Below the pieces are notes generated by a model. That model was given only the letters and a program-made list of their open reading frames with translations, was not told the DNA's origin and searched no databases. From the NCBI GenBank assembly GCA_965216315.1, contig CBDCFN010000016.1:2272001-2336000 (forward strand): a DNA stretch of 64,000 nucleotides, given 5' to 3'. Every line of letters begins with the position of its first letter. The first letter of the stretch is position 1. Position numbers and translations under genes: made by a program. The DNA is from a bacterium (GTDB taxonomy: Bacteria; UBA10199; 2-02-FULL-50-16; JAJFLM01). Shown in pieces: positions 1 to 9,931 of the stretch.

Positions 1-1964
1 CCACCGGAGACACGAATACCGCCCCCATCATGATTGGACCCGTCATCCGTATCGCTATCGGCGGTGTTGTCCGTGATCGTCACGTTCTTGAGCGTGAAAT
101 TACCGGTTCCCCAGGTGATCGCACCGCCGCCTTCGATGACACTGTTGCCACTGAAGGTCGAATTGACGATCGTTCCATCACCACCCGCACCTTGAGGAAC
201 AAGGGCGCCCCCGAATTCCGCTGTGTTTCCCGTGAATAGACTATCCCGAATCACGAACTGGACGTCGTTGCCAAGTCGAACCGCTCCGCCGCCACTTCCC
301 GTCGCGTCATTTTGATCGAAATGACAACGATCAATCTCCAAATCCGGTCCATTAACACTGAGACCACCACCAGATACACTGGAAGTATTCAACTGGAACA
401 AACAGTCCGAAAGTCTGAGCGTTGAGGCTGTCTCAATACCCCCTCCATTAGCAGCGCTAATATCGCCATTCACGATACCCACCCCACTCATACTCACCGT
501 GAAGGCATTGGTAAAAGCCGGATCGATATGAAAGACACGATCGATATTATTGGCATCAACCGTCGTTGACGTCGCTCCTGCTCCAGCCAAGGCCAAATGA
601 CTTAAAACATCCAGGTCACCCGTCGCGGCGGCGTCTTCACCGGTTCCGGCAATACTCAGGGTATAGGTCCCCGCCGGAACAAAAATGATATCGAGCCCGG
701 CATTGTCGTTGGCCTCTTGGATCGCGGCGCGCAGAGTACAATTAGTCCCGCCGTCATCGCATACGCCGTCGATCGTGTCATCGACGACATCAGACGTACT
801 GTCGACCGTAAAGGCCTGGGCCTCGAACGCCCCGACATCACAGGTCGCCGTCGTATCCCCGTCACCATCGACTGAACGTGTTAACCCGCGTTGATCCACT
901 CCTGCGATATCGGAATCGCTACCGCAAACGGTCTGATTCCCCGCATCGATCGCCGAGCTCCCCGGTAATAAAGATCTTGTCGTCGTCGTGCCGCCGTAAT
1001 CCGCCAAATCGGCCAGCAGCGGATCGGTATTTTGCTGGTCACCTGTCGCCGTAAAACCGCAGTCCGTGCCGCTCTCGATGTTGTTGCCACTCGAGGTGAT
1101 TGAGCCGCCACTACAGTTGTCCGGATTCTCACCCGTCCCCTCGGTATTGTCGGCGATGATGGTGTTCTGGATGGTGACTACCCCTGTCGAGTTATTGAGT
1201 ATTCCGCCACCCAATTGACCAGAATCTCCCAGGTCCGCTCGATTATTGACGATCGTTGAGTTAATGATGGTAATCGAAGTGGTACTATTATTAAAGATGG
1301 CGCCGCCATTGTTATCGGAGTCGTTTCCACTCAGCGTCGAATTCTTGATCGTCACCGTAAAGCCATCGGAAGCATTTTCATTGACGAAGATCGCGCCACC
1401 GTCACCATTGATGTCATTGTTTGAGAATGTCGAGTTAAGAATCACCGCATCAGAGCTGTTCACCAGCAGAGCCCCATCCGAACCACTCGTTGACTGATTG
1501 CCGGTGATCACGCAGGAATCTATGGTTATAGTACTCAGAGAGGCGCGAACACCGGCACCCTGACCACTCGAGATATCACCGCCGGTAATCGTAACTCCCG
1601 ATAATTCGTATGTACCATTATTAAAATTGAGTACTCGTCCTACACCGGCAGCATCGACGGTCAGCTGATCGGCCCCGGGTCCCGTGATCACGACGTCGGC
1701 AACCACCGTATCGAGGACCGATCCCAACGTGATCGTTCCGCTGACTCCGGTCAGATCAATGGTTTCGCTGCTATCATCACCGGCAATACATTCGCCTCCC
1801 ATCGCACCGGAGGCCGTGTTGGCATTCGCTGCGATAATCGCCTCGCGTAGGGTACAGACGCCATCATCCGCCGCGGTATCTCCCGTGTCATTGACGACAA
1901 TTGTCGCCGCCGAGGCCGTTAAACTGAAAAAAACACTCAAAGTAATCAGGGTATAGCGAAACAT
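1..1964 (-). CDS. CSLREA-domain / choice-of-anchor Q-type secreted beta-helix protein, 3' end beyond the window edge
   Basis: ATG at 1964 after GAGGAG RBS; translates MFRYTLITLSVFFSLTASAATIVVNDTGDTAADDGVCTLREAIIAAN (signal peptide + CTLREA); clearly paralogous to 2119..5160; absent from the ORF track because no stop occurs in the window. Confidence 0.85.
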   Translation of the reverse strand, partial: MFRYTLITLSVFFSLTASAATIVVNDTGDTAADDGVCTLREAIIAANANTASGAMGGECIAGDDSSETIDLTGVSGTITLGSVLDTVVADVVITGPGADQLTVDAAGVGRVLNFNNGTYELSGVTITGGDISSGQGAGVRASLSTITIDSCVITGNQSTSGSDGALLVNSSDAVILNSTFSNNDINGDGGAIFVNENASDGFTVTIKNSTLSGNDSDNNGGAIFNNSTTSITIINSTIVNNRADLGDSGQLGGGILNNSTGVVTIQNTIIADNTEGTGENPDNCSGGSITSSGNNIESGTDCGFTATGDQQNTDPLLADLADYGGTTTTRSLLPGSSAIDAGNQTVCGSDSDIAGVDQRGLTRSVDGDGDTTATCDVGAFEAQAFTVDSTSDVVDDTIDGVCDDGGTNCTLRAAIQEANDNAGLDIIFVPAGTYTLSIAGTGEDAAATGDLDVLSHLALAGAGATSTTVDANNIDRVFHIDPAFTNAFTVSMSGVGIVNGDISAANGGGIETASTLRLSDCLFQLNTSSVSGGGLSVNGPDLEIDRCHFDQNDATGSGGGAVRLGNDVQFVIRDSLFTGNTAEFGGALVPQGAGGDGTIVNSTFSGNSVIEGGGAITWGTGNFTLKNVTITDNTADSDTDDGSNHDGGGIRVSG

Positions 1965-2118
1965 TCTTTTCTCCTCATTTAAGTAGGCATACACACACTA
2001 ATTTCCACGTCTCCCCATAGCGCAGGGATGATCGACAGCTCAGCAAAGAGACCTTGTAGAGTCAATATTAAGCCTCTCGACGACGACAAATACCGTATCT
2101 CTCCGGATACACCCCGGA

Positions 2119-5100
2119 TCAGCGCCTTACCAGCGAACAACCGCCACTGCTGCTCCCGTTGCCGTTCGTGTCTCCGGACTCGTTCGTACAATCGGCGGCA
2201 CAACCGTCTCCCGCGGTCGTGTTGCCGTCATCGCATTCTTCACCGGTATCCAGGGTCCCATCCCCGCAAACGCCGCCACTCGTCGTTTCGGTCGTGCAGT
2301 CCGCGGCACATCCATCGCCATCAGCTGCATTACCGTCATCACACTCTTCGCCGGCGTCGACGATCCCATCCCCGCACACAGGAAACTGACAATCCGACTG
2401 GCAACCGTCTCCATCGGTCGTATTCCCATCGTCACAGGCCTCGCCGGCGGTGGCATTGGTCGTACCATCGCCACAAACGGCATCCGTGCAATCATCATCG
2501 CACGTCGCCGACTCCCCACTATCATCACAATCCTCGCCGGCCGCCGCATTCACATTGCCATCACCACAACTGACCGCCGTGCAGTCGTCATCACAGCTCG
2601 CCGACTCGCCGCCGTCGTCACAGGCCTCACCGGCCATCGCATTGTGATTACCGTCGCCGCAACTCACCGCCGAGCAATCGTCGTCGCAGGTCGCCGACTC
2701 ACCACTGTCGTCACAGGTCTCGCCGCCATCGACCTCACCATCGCCACAAGTGCCATTTTCGTAGGCCCCGACATCACACACGCTATTCACCGGTCGCGTG
2801 AAACCGCGTTGATCGGTATCAAGCAGCACGCCATCCTTATCGCGGCAACCCGCGCCATCACCCGTATCAATAGCCGGGCTATTTGCCGCCAAGGCATGCG
2901 TCTGGGTCGGGCCACCATTATCCGCAAGTGCCAGATTGATGATGCCAGCCAGGGTATAAGTCCCGTCAAAGATAATATCGACTTGATCGCCCGTATCTGC
3001 CCCGTAGGTACAACCCGAGTCATCACCAACGATATTGTATTCCGCCGAAGAGATATTCCCGCTACAGTCGGGACCAGTGCCGCCGTTGCTCCTATTGCCG
3101 GCAAGTAAAGTATTTTTCAGCGTAATGGTACCGCCACTGCTTTGATAGATGCCCCCACCATTCCCATTGCCAATCCCGCCGTCACTGTTATCGAGATCCG
3201 AATCGTTGTCGACAATCGTCACATTGTTCAGCGTCGCCGTTGGAAACAGGACCGCCAAACCACCGCCATGGTGATTGGTTTGGTTCCCCGAGATCGTGCT
3301 GTTGGTGATATCCAAAGTACAACTATCGCAGGCAATGCCGCCACCTACACTCGTGATCGTTGCCGTCGAGGTATTCCCCGAGATCGTCGAGTTACTGATA
3401 GTCAGTGTTCCATTACTCGTCGCAATCCCCCCTCCGCTCGCGGAAGCCGTATTACCACTGATAGTGCAATTATTGATCGTCAAATCAGAACCGACATTGG
3501 CACCGATACCACCACCATTACCGGAACTCCCGAGATTGGATTCATTGCCACTGACCGTGCAGTCACTCAAGGTAACCGTCTCACCGTTCGAAACAAAGAT
3601 ACCGCCTGCAGCACCACCTACCAAACCGTTACTAATCGTCATACCGGAGAGCGTAAAGGTATTATCGTTGGTTGAACTACTAAATTGAAGAACCCGCGAA
3701 TTTTGTCCGTTATCAATCGTAAGATTGCTCTGCCCCGGACCGTAAATCGCTACAGATTCAGAAGCACTGAGGACGGCTGTCGTATTGATCGTCCCGGTCA
3801 CGGAGAAATGAATCGCCTCCGGCCCGGGTCTATTCACGGCATTCGCCTGCTCAATAGCGGCCCTCAACGTACACGGACCGTCGCCATCACTGTCATCGGT
3901 ATCACAATAACCATCCGCGGTACTGAAATCGGATCCGTCTGCCAAGCTATCGACGACGTAGACCTGTAGTTCAAAAGCCCCAACGTCACAGATGACCATG
4001 CCGTCTCCGTCGGCGTCATCGGAACGAGTGTGTCCGCGCTGGTCCAGGAAATTAATATCCGGATCCGTGCTGCAAGGCGTATCATTGCCCGCATCGATGG
4101 CCGGGCTGCCGGGCAAGAGGGCCCGGGTCATCGTGTCTCCTCCGTTGTCAGCTAAATCTCTTAGTAGGGGATCCGTATTTTGCTGATCAGCTCCGGCCGT
4201 AAAACCGCAGTCGCTACCGCTTTCGATATTGTTGCCGTTTGAACTAATCCCGCTCCCATCGCAGTTATCGTCGACTCCAGAAGCCTTATTATCCGCAATA
4301 ATTGAATTGAGGACACTAATAGATCCGCCAGCCGAATCATCCGCAAGTCCGCCGCCAAACCACGTATTCGCATTGCCGTCATCCGCATCATTATTAGTCA
4401 CCGTCACATTCACCAGCGTCGCCGTCGCCGCAGCCCCTACAATACCAATACCGCCTCCAGGACCAGACGTGGTATTATCGTGAATCGTCGAATTCTTGAC
4501 GATCAATGTACCGCCATTAGTGTGAAGACCTCCACCAAAGTTCCCTGCTTCATTATTGTCGATTGTCGAGTTAATAATGGTGATTGTTGAACTGGTACCG
4601 GATACTCCACCGCCGTTAGGAGTTCCCGACGTTGCGGTATTGCCCGTGATGTGACAGGAATCAATATTAAGAGTTTCCCCCGATCCCACCAGAACACCAA
4701 CACCATTTCCTCCCGCTAGCTGGCCACCTGTAAGTTCCAACCCGCTGAGATTAAATGTTTGATCGTTAGACGTGCTATTGAAATTGAAAACACGTGCACT
4801 GGTCGTCGCCCCATTGGCATCAATCGTCAACTGGTCCGCACCAAGCCCAGTAATCGTAAGCGATTCCGTTATATTATCGAGTCCCGTTGAAGCCAAAGTA
4901 ATCTTACATGGACACCCCGCCAGACTAAACTGGATTTCATCGGCCCCTGAATTGTTTGCATGATTGGCCTCTTCAATTGCTGCACGAAGGCTACATTGAT
5001 TGCCCCCCGTTCCAAGGTCAGCATCGCAAACGCCATCACCTATATTGGCATCTGATGCATCAACATCCGTGTCACCATCTTTTTGGTTAACAGTAAACGT

Positions 5101-5160
5101 CGCCGCCGTCGCAGTCGCACTCGTGAACAAGATAAATAACGTGATGACCCATTTGGACAT
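2119..5160 (-). CDS. Large secreted CSLREA/choice-of-anchor Q protein, two beta-helix modules plus Myxococcus-type cysteine-rich repeats
   Basis: Signal peptide; CSLRAA and CTLRAA motifs; two 'LADNGG..T.AL..SPAID.G...DQRG..R...CDVGA(F/Y)E' segments; repeated CGDG..D.GEECDDGN units; ends GGCSLVRR. Confidence 0.9.
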   Translation of the reverse strand: MSKWVITLFILFTSATATAATFTVNQKDGDTDVDASDANIGDGVCDADLGTGGNQCSLRAAIEEANHANNSGADEIQFSLAGCPCKITLASTGLDNITESLTITGLGADQLTIDANGATTSARVFNFNSTSNDQTFNLSGLELTGGQLAGGNGVGVLVGSGETLNIDSCHITGNTATSGTPNGGGVSGTSSTITIINSTIDNNEAGNFGGGLHTNGGTLIVKNSTIHDNTTSGPGGGIGIVGAAATATLVNVTVTNNDADDGNANTWFGGGLADDSAGGSISVLNSIIADNKASGVDDNCDGSGISSNGNNIESGSDCGFTAGADQQNTDPLLRDLADNGGDTMTRALLPGSPAIDAGNDTPCSTDPDINFLDQRGHTRSDDADGDGMVICDVGAFELQVYVVDSLADGSDFSTADGYCDTDDSDGDGPCTLRAAIEQANAVNRPGPEAIHFSVTGTINTTAVLSASESVAIYGPGQSNLTIDNGQNSRVLQFSSSTNDNTFTLSGMTISNGLVGGAAGGIFVSNGETVTLSDCTVSGNESNLGSSGNGGGIGANVGSDLTINNCTISGNTASASGGGIATSNGTLTISNSTISGNTSTATITSVGGGIACDSCTLDITNSTISGNQTNHHGGGLAVLFPTATLNNVTIVDNDSDLDNSDGGIGNGNGGGIYQSSGGTITLKNTLLAGNRSNGGTGPDCSGNISSAEYNIVGDDSGCTYGADTGDQVDIIFDGTYTLAGIINLALADNGGPTQTHALAANSPAIDTGDGAGCRDKDGVLLDTDQRGFTRPVNSVCDVGAYENGTCGDGEVDGGETCDDSGESATCDDDCSAVSCGDGNHNAMAGEACDDGGESASCDDDCTAVSCGDGNVNAAAGEDCDDSGESATCDDDCTDAVCGDGTTNATAGEACDDGNTTDGDGCQSDCQFPVCGDGIVDAGEECDDGNAADGDGCAADCTTETTSGGVCGDGTLDTGEECDDGNTTAGDGCAADCTNESGDTNGNGSSSGGCSLVRR

Positions 5161-5307
5161 GATTCCCCCTTGTAAGTTGCGCCCAGGCGTGACCGCATGA
5201 AGGCGTTATTGTACGCATGTGGGGTGGAGATAGGCAAGCACAAGGCCCGTGATCAGCGGCTTAGAGGCCTACCTGGCTCAAAATGGCCTAAATAACCATG
5301 AATTACA

Positions 5308-5368
5308 GGCGATCCCTCGCTTGTATTCGTGAGATTGCCACGTCGGCTTTGAGCCGACTCGCAATGAC
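5308..5368. repeat. Intergenic hairpin repeat of the GAGATTGCCACG...CTCGCAATGAC (REP-like) type
   Basis: gagattgccacgtcggctttgagccgactcgcaatgac with internal stem gtcggct/agccgac. Confidence 0.55.
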
Positions 5369-5387
5369 AACAATTGATTTTATTAAA

Positions 5388-6950
5388 TTACTTCCTAATC
5401 AACGAACAGCCACCGGAACCGCCGCTTTCATCCGTACAGGTACTGCTGCAACCATCCCCGGCCGTCGTATTGCCATCGTCGCACTCCTCGCCGGTCTGGA
5501 GAATCCCGTCGCCGCAAGCGGCCGCCCCTTCATTTTGACAAGTGGAAGAACAACCATCACCGTCAGCCGTGTTCCCGTCGTCACACTGCTCGCCCGCATC
5601 GACGGTGCCATCGCCGCAGGCAGCACCGCCGCCGGTCTCAGTCGTGCAATCCGCCGCACAGCCGTCGCCGTCCGTCGTATTACCATCGTCACATTCTTCA
5701 CCGGTGTCGACGTTGCCATTCCCGCAACCGACCTCGACGGCGCCCGCATCACACAAGGCCGTCCCGTCGCCGTCCCCGTCGGCAGGACGCGTAAAGCCAC
5801 GCTGGTCTGCGGTCAACTCAATCGCGTCTTCATCGACGCAGGAGCCGTCGGCAATGAGATCGATCGCCGGGCTATTGGCCGCCAGCGTGTGCGTCGGTGT
5901 CGGTCCTCCGTTATCCGCCAGTGTCGCTGCGACGATGGGATCGGTTACGGAGTTGTCGTCGCCGGTCTGATTAAACTGACCTGCGCAGGTCGCATCATCG
6001 CTGAGGTTATGGCCATCGGAGCTGAGATTGGCAAGAGTACCCGCACAATTTTGCTTCACGCCATTAGCCGTATTATTAACGAAAATAGAATTTTGTATTG
6101 TCGCATTCTGCGTAATCAGCAGCGCACCACCCGCGCCGGCTGGATCAGCAGCTTCATTGTTAACAAACGTCGAACTAAAAACATTCAGTGTCCCGGTACT
6201 GTTTTCTATAGCGCCACCACCCGTTGTATTGCTGGTCGATGTGTTGTTCGAGAACGTGCTGTTAATAACGAAACATGTCCCCGTTTCACAGAAAAAGGCT
6301 CCGCCACGACTACTCGCCGTATTATCGGACAGAGTTGTGTTACGGAAGATGACCGTCTGATTATTGTTCATCGCCACGCTGCCACCGTCAGTACCATCTC
6401 CATTTTTTAAGTGGCATTCCTCTATAAGAAGCGCGAATTTGGTGTCGTCACCCGCACCGTCGCTGACGGTATACACGTGACCTCCGCGACCACTCGACGG
6501 GAGGTTGTCGGCATCAAGTGTCATCCCCTTAATGACCACTGTACCATTGGTCGCAAGATTCGGATGAAAATGCCGGTCATCAAAGCCGGGGCCGGATTTT
6601 ATCGTCGTCAGATCGGCGCCGGCTCCCATGATCGTCACCGGTTCAAAAATATCCAGGTCCCCGATATTTTCAAATTGATTGAACGCGTCTTGATCCGTCT
6701 CCGTATTGGCATTGCGGTCGATGTCAATTATGTATTCCCCTTCACCGAGTATAATCACATCATGCGCCGCATCGGTATTGGCCTTAATCACCGCTCCACG
6801 CAAACTGCAGTCATTATCCGTCGCGTCATCACAAGTTGTCGCTGCCGCATTATCGTCGGTGCGATCAACGAGGTAGGTCGCCGCCTGAATCTGCGTTGAA
6901 AAAAACAGCGCCGCTAACGTTATTACGATATAAGAATAAAATTTTGCCAT
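5388..6950 (-). CDS. Secreted CSLREA/choice-of-anchor Q protein with three cysteine-rich repeats
   Basis: Signal peptide, CSLRGA motif, LADNGGPTPTH..DQRG..CDAGAVE, CG(N/D)G..GEECDDGN repeats, ends GGCSLIRK. Confidence 0.9.
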   Translation of the reverse strand: MAKFYSYIVITLAALFFSTQIQAATYLVDRTDDNAAATTCDDATDNDCSLRGAVIKANTDAAHDVIILGEGEYIIDIDRNANTETDQDAFNQFENIGDLDIFEPVTIMGAGADLTTIKSGPGFDDRHFHPNLATNGTVVIKGMTLDADNLPSSGRGGHVYTVSDGAGDDTKFALLIEECHLKNGDGTDGGSVAMNNNQTVIFRNTTLSDNTASSRGGAFFCETGTCFVINSTFSNNTSTSNTTGGGAIENSTGTLNVFSSTFVNNEAADPAGAGGALLITQNATIQNSIFVNNTANGVKQNCAGTLANLSSDGHNLSDDATCAGQFNQTGDDNSVTDPIVAATLADNGGPTPTHTLAANSPAIDLIADGSCVDEDAIELTADQRGFTRPADGDGDGTALCDAGAVEVGCGNGNVDTGEECDDGNTTDGDGCAADCTTETGGGAACGDGTVDAGEQCDDGNTADGDGCSSTCQNEGAAACGDGILQTGEECDDGNTTAGDGCSSTCTDESGGSGGCSLIRK

Positions 6951-7073
6951 GATATCGACCCCCTGGTTTCGTGGAATCGTAAGTATACCCTATTGAGCAA
7001 AGCAGACAAGTTTTGTCGGATATGTGTATCAATTGGCAGGAATCAAGGGCAGAGGCCTCGATCTATCGAATTT

Positions 7074-7853
7074 CTATTCGGGCATTTCCTCGACCGACCC
7101 ATCCGTATTCATCATTGCCCCGTCTTTTGCGATACGCTCCATGAGTTCGTGTAGTGGAACGGCATGACTCCGACGGGATTCAAACTTTCGCTCTTCATGC
7201 TTTTCATCCGTCGCCGCACCTTCTTCCGCGTCGTCATCCTCCCGCATTTCCTTTGCTTGCATCGGCATCAATCCAGCCAGATGACCGTAACTGGATTTAT
7301 TTAAAGTTGTGAATGAAGTATCCGTCTCTGCTTCGGTATTCGGAAGCGCGACCCAACGATCGTCGTCGAGAGCCAGACCAAGCTGTCCCCAGCTTAGCGG
7401 ACGTTCGCTCGCCTCGACATGAAGCTGTTCACTCAAACCCTCTTCCGTCGTGAAAAGCAAAGGGATCTGCTCCTCGCTGCTGAGACTCAAGGAGAAATGA
7501 TAATACTGCCCGGTCTCAACCCAAAAACTAAAACGACACTCGAAATCGACCGAACCGATGACGACGGTTTGAGGACCCTGCTGCACCCAAATCTGGCGTC
7601 CGACGCAGTCGCCGTCGCCCGCGAATTCCGCTTCTGCCTGCCACTCGGACTGCGGCGGCACCATGCCGATGATCTGGCGATAGGCGGACGGTGGATTACC
7701 GGCCTCGGTCCCGCCTTGAAACTGGCTTAGCGGCGGCTGCGTGCCGCAGGCAAAGCCGCCCAGGGCCTGAATGAACAGGCCCACCACGATGACGATGCAT
7801 TTTCGTATGGTGTATTCTCCCGATAAGATATTTTGCTTAAGTGAGAACATCAC
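7074..7853 (-). CDS. Putative lipoprotein, GGTEAGNP-motif family; start uncertain, possibly ATA at 7808
   Basis: Hydrophobic stretch ending GFAC, GGTEAGNP, C-x22-C-x-F domain shared with four other lipoproteins. Confidence 0.7.
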   Translation of the reverse strand: MMFSLKQNILSGEYTIRKCIVIVVGLFIQALGGFACGTQPPLSQFQGGTEAGNPPSAYRQIIGMVPPQSEWQAEAEFAGDGDCVGRQIWVQQGPQTVVIGSVDFECRFSFWVETGQYYHFSLSLSSEEQIPLLFTTEEGLSEQLHVEASERPLSWGQLGLALDDDRWVALPNTEAETDTSFTTLNKSSYGHLAGLMPMQAKEMREDDDAEEGAATDEKHEERKFESRRSHAVPLHELMERIAKDGAMMNTDGSVEEMPE

Positions 7854-7858
7854 CTAAG

Positions 7859-7920
7859 TTATCGAAAGAATAAAGGAAATGTTGTATACAGCGGAAAATA
7901 TCTGTTGACTCAAGTCAACA
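7859..7920 (-). promoter_or_regulatory. Sigma-28-like promoter (CAAC-N15-TCGATAA) plus GTTGAC-N4-GTCAAC box
   Basis: ttatcga 7859-7865, gttg 7881-7884, tgttgactcaagtcaaca 7903-7920. Confidence 0.65.
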
Positions 7921-7929
7921 GCTGCGCCT

Positions 7930-8754
7930 TTAGCGCAGCTGTTCGTGCAGATCTTCCGGATCTTCGATCGGCTGCTGCGCGCCACCGATCTCATTCAATG
8001 ATTTGATGACCTTAATAACGCTGTCTCTTTTGATCATCATTTTATCATCACCCTGTTCTTCTTCCTGCTCCGTAATACCGTAAGTTCCGGTGAACGGATT
8101 AGTCACCTCTTCGGCGCCTTGATTCTCCTCGGTGCCGCCAAAGCCTTCTGCAGGACCGGCCTGTTCCGTCTCGTCTTCACCTTCGCCCTCAGGATAATAG
8201 GGACCGCCGGTCCCTTCACTGGACCCGCCCGCCCGGGCGGCATAACTATCGCCTTGCTGGTAGAAGGAGATCTTGCCAATATCGTGGGTCACTCCGCGGC
8301 CTTCGAAACGGACATGAGGCGTATCATCATCGCCAAAGCCAACTCGAACCCGGGTGCCGTCAGGCATTTCAATATCAAACATATACTTGTCGCCAGACCG
8401 CAATCCAGGGATCGTAAAATCACAACTCGGCGTTACAGACGCACTTGTCTCTAAATGAGTGTGCACGTTCGTGGCAATAACCTTAACGCCCGCGCAGGCG
8501 TTCGGTAAATTCGGATCAAAACCGGGAATCTCCTGCATACGAGGAACGTTACCGGTCACCGAAACGATGCCGGGGTTTTCGGCCTGCCCGGGATCTTGAT
8601 CAGTCACCGAGGGACCGTTCCTGGGGTTACCCGCTTCGGTACCGCCTCGAAGTCCGGGATTTCCTAAACCGCCACCACTACCCCCAGTATTGCAAGCAGT
8701 GACCGTTATCGCCACGACAGCCAAGGTTAAAACTAAATTAAATGCTTTCTTCAT
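7930..8754 (-). CDS. Lipoprotein, GGTEAGNP-motif family
   Basis: MKKAFNLVLTLAVVAITVTAC lipobox (ATG 8754); GGLGNP and GGTEAGNP; C-x23-C-x-F...DIG domain; directly downstream of a TIGR02147-like gene. Confidence 0.8.
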   Translation of the reverse strand: MKKAFNLVLTLAVVAITVTACNTGGSGGGLGNPGLRGGTEAGNPRNGPSVTDQDPGQAENPGIVSVTGNVPRMQEIPGFDPNLPNACAGVKVIATNVHTHLETSASVTPSCDFTIPGLRSGDKYMFDIEMPDGTRVRVGFGDDDTPHVRFEGRGVTHDIGKISFYQQGDSYAARAGGSSEGTGGPYYPEGEGEDETEQAGPAEGFGGTEENQGAEEVTNPFTGTYGITEQEEEQGDDKMMIKRDSVIKVIKSLNEIGGAQQPIEDPEDLHEQLR

Positions 8755-8779
8755 GATGTAACACCCTTTCGTACGCTTC

Positions 8780-9628
8780 TTACGCTCTTTCATGTTTTGT
8801 CACCGGCAGCATCTGGATACTGAGCAAGACAACATCATCTGGATTGTCATCGTCAGCAACCAACTGGAGGATTTCGCGTCGAAACTCCTGAATGCGTTTT
8901 TTGATCTGCGGGACTCTTTCTTTAATAATTCCTAAAGTCAGAGCACTGACATCCCGTTCTTTTTGTTCCACCTCGGGAAGCTGCCCTTTTAATAAATCAA
9001 ACAAACTCTGGTGATAATTTAAAAGCACGAGGGAATCGGCTTCGGCACCGCTCGTTACAAGCGGTGTCGCCTGTTTCCACTTATTGGTCACCGCATCACG
9101 CTCAATAAAATGAAGTCGCGCCAACAATTCGACGGACTTTTTTACTTGCGCGGGAGACACTTCCGGCTGCAATCTTTTAGCCAACCACTCGATTGAACCG
9201 TCAAAATCCTTAGAAATGATCAACTCGCGCACAACCGGATGATACCAGGTTGAAAAATACTCGTAACGATCCTGCGCAAGTGGCTCTAACTGACTGTAGC
9301 GTTGAGAACGAATCAACTTCTTATAGTAAGCGTTTTTTTCCGCGTGCGTTTTCGCCTGATTAAAGAAGACGAGATTACGAAAGTGCTCGCGCTCCGGACG
9401 CTCCAGTTTGATTCCTTTAATGAATTTCTTGAGGCTTTCCTCAGTCAGGTTACGTTCGCCATCCATGACGAGTTTAAAAATATTGGAGGATTTAAAGCCG
9501 GCTTGCCGGGAAAAGACCCGATATGAAAACCCGTACCGCTCTTTGGCCGATTCATACCAATCGCGCAAGAAGGCCCGGTAATCCATATAATCGAATACTG
9601 AGACGTTATTGTTGCCGTTGTTACCCAT
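8780..9628 (-). CDS. TIGR02147/DUF4423-like putative DNA-binding regulator, copy 1
   Basis: Family motifs F.Y.DYR.FL.DWY, SYR.FS..AGFKS.N...LV..G.RNL, F..LV.FNQA, YFS.WYH.V.REL, LL.YH, RD.SALTLG. Confidence 0.88.
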   Translation of the reverse strand: MGNNGNNNVSVFDYMDYRAFLRDWYESAKERYGFSYRVFSRQAGFKSSNIFKLVMDGERNLTEESLKKFIKGIKLERPEREHFRNLVFFNQAKTHAEKNAYYKKLIRSQRYSQLEPLAQDRYEYFSTWYHPVVRELIISKDFDGSIEWLAKRLQPEVSPAQVKKSVELLARLHFIERDAVTNKWKQATPLVTSGAEADSLVLLNYHQSLFDLLKGQLPEVEQKERDVSALTLGIIKERVPQIKKRIQEFRREILQLVADDDNPDDVVLLSIQMLPVTKHERA

Positions 9629-9676
9629 GTCACTTACCTATACGCTATTATACCCTGTATACTGCCTGTTCTCTAG

Positions 9677-9704
9677 TTATCGTTCAGCGTCCGGCTTGAG
9701 TTGC
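9677..9704 (-). promoter_or_regulatory. Sigma-28-like promoter (GCAAC-N16-ACGATAA) upstream of regulator copy 1
   Basis: ttatcgt 9677-9683; gttgc 9700-9704. Confidence 0.6.
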
Positions 9705-9825
9705 CTCATTTTGACGAAATTTATCAATTTTTTGTATGCAGCAATCCCTATCTAACTATCTGTTATTATTAATTTTTTAATTTCTATCTTATTTATGCCC
9801 TTTTTTTTGAGTCAACAGGCCCCCC

Positions 9826-9888
9826 TGTTGACCCAGGTCAACAGATAATCCTGACGAAACGCAACGAAGACTCGAACGAATCCGATAA
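9826..9888 (+). promoter_or_regulatory. GTTGAC-N4-GTCAAC box plus sigma-28-like promoter (GCAAC-N16-CCGATAA)
   Basis: tgttgacccaggtcaaca 9826-9843; caac 9862-9865; ccgataa 9882-9888. Confidence 0.7.
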
Positions 9889-9931
9889 GTCTCAACGAAA
9901 CGAACCGCAATTTCTGAGCATGGAGGCAACA

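Noticed and set aside
2200..2760. Regularly spaced DNA repeats resembling an array
   Set aside because: They encode Cys-rich protein repeats in frame; no CRISPR repeat-spacer structure and no cas genes
2028..6899. Long + strand ORFs (2028..2573, 5298..6410, 6411..6899 and others)
   Set aside because: Antisense shadows of the repetitive CSLREA genes; no recognisable motifs
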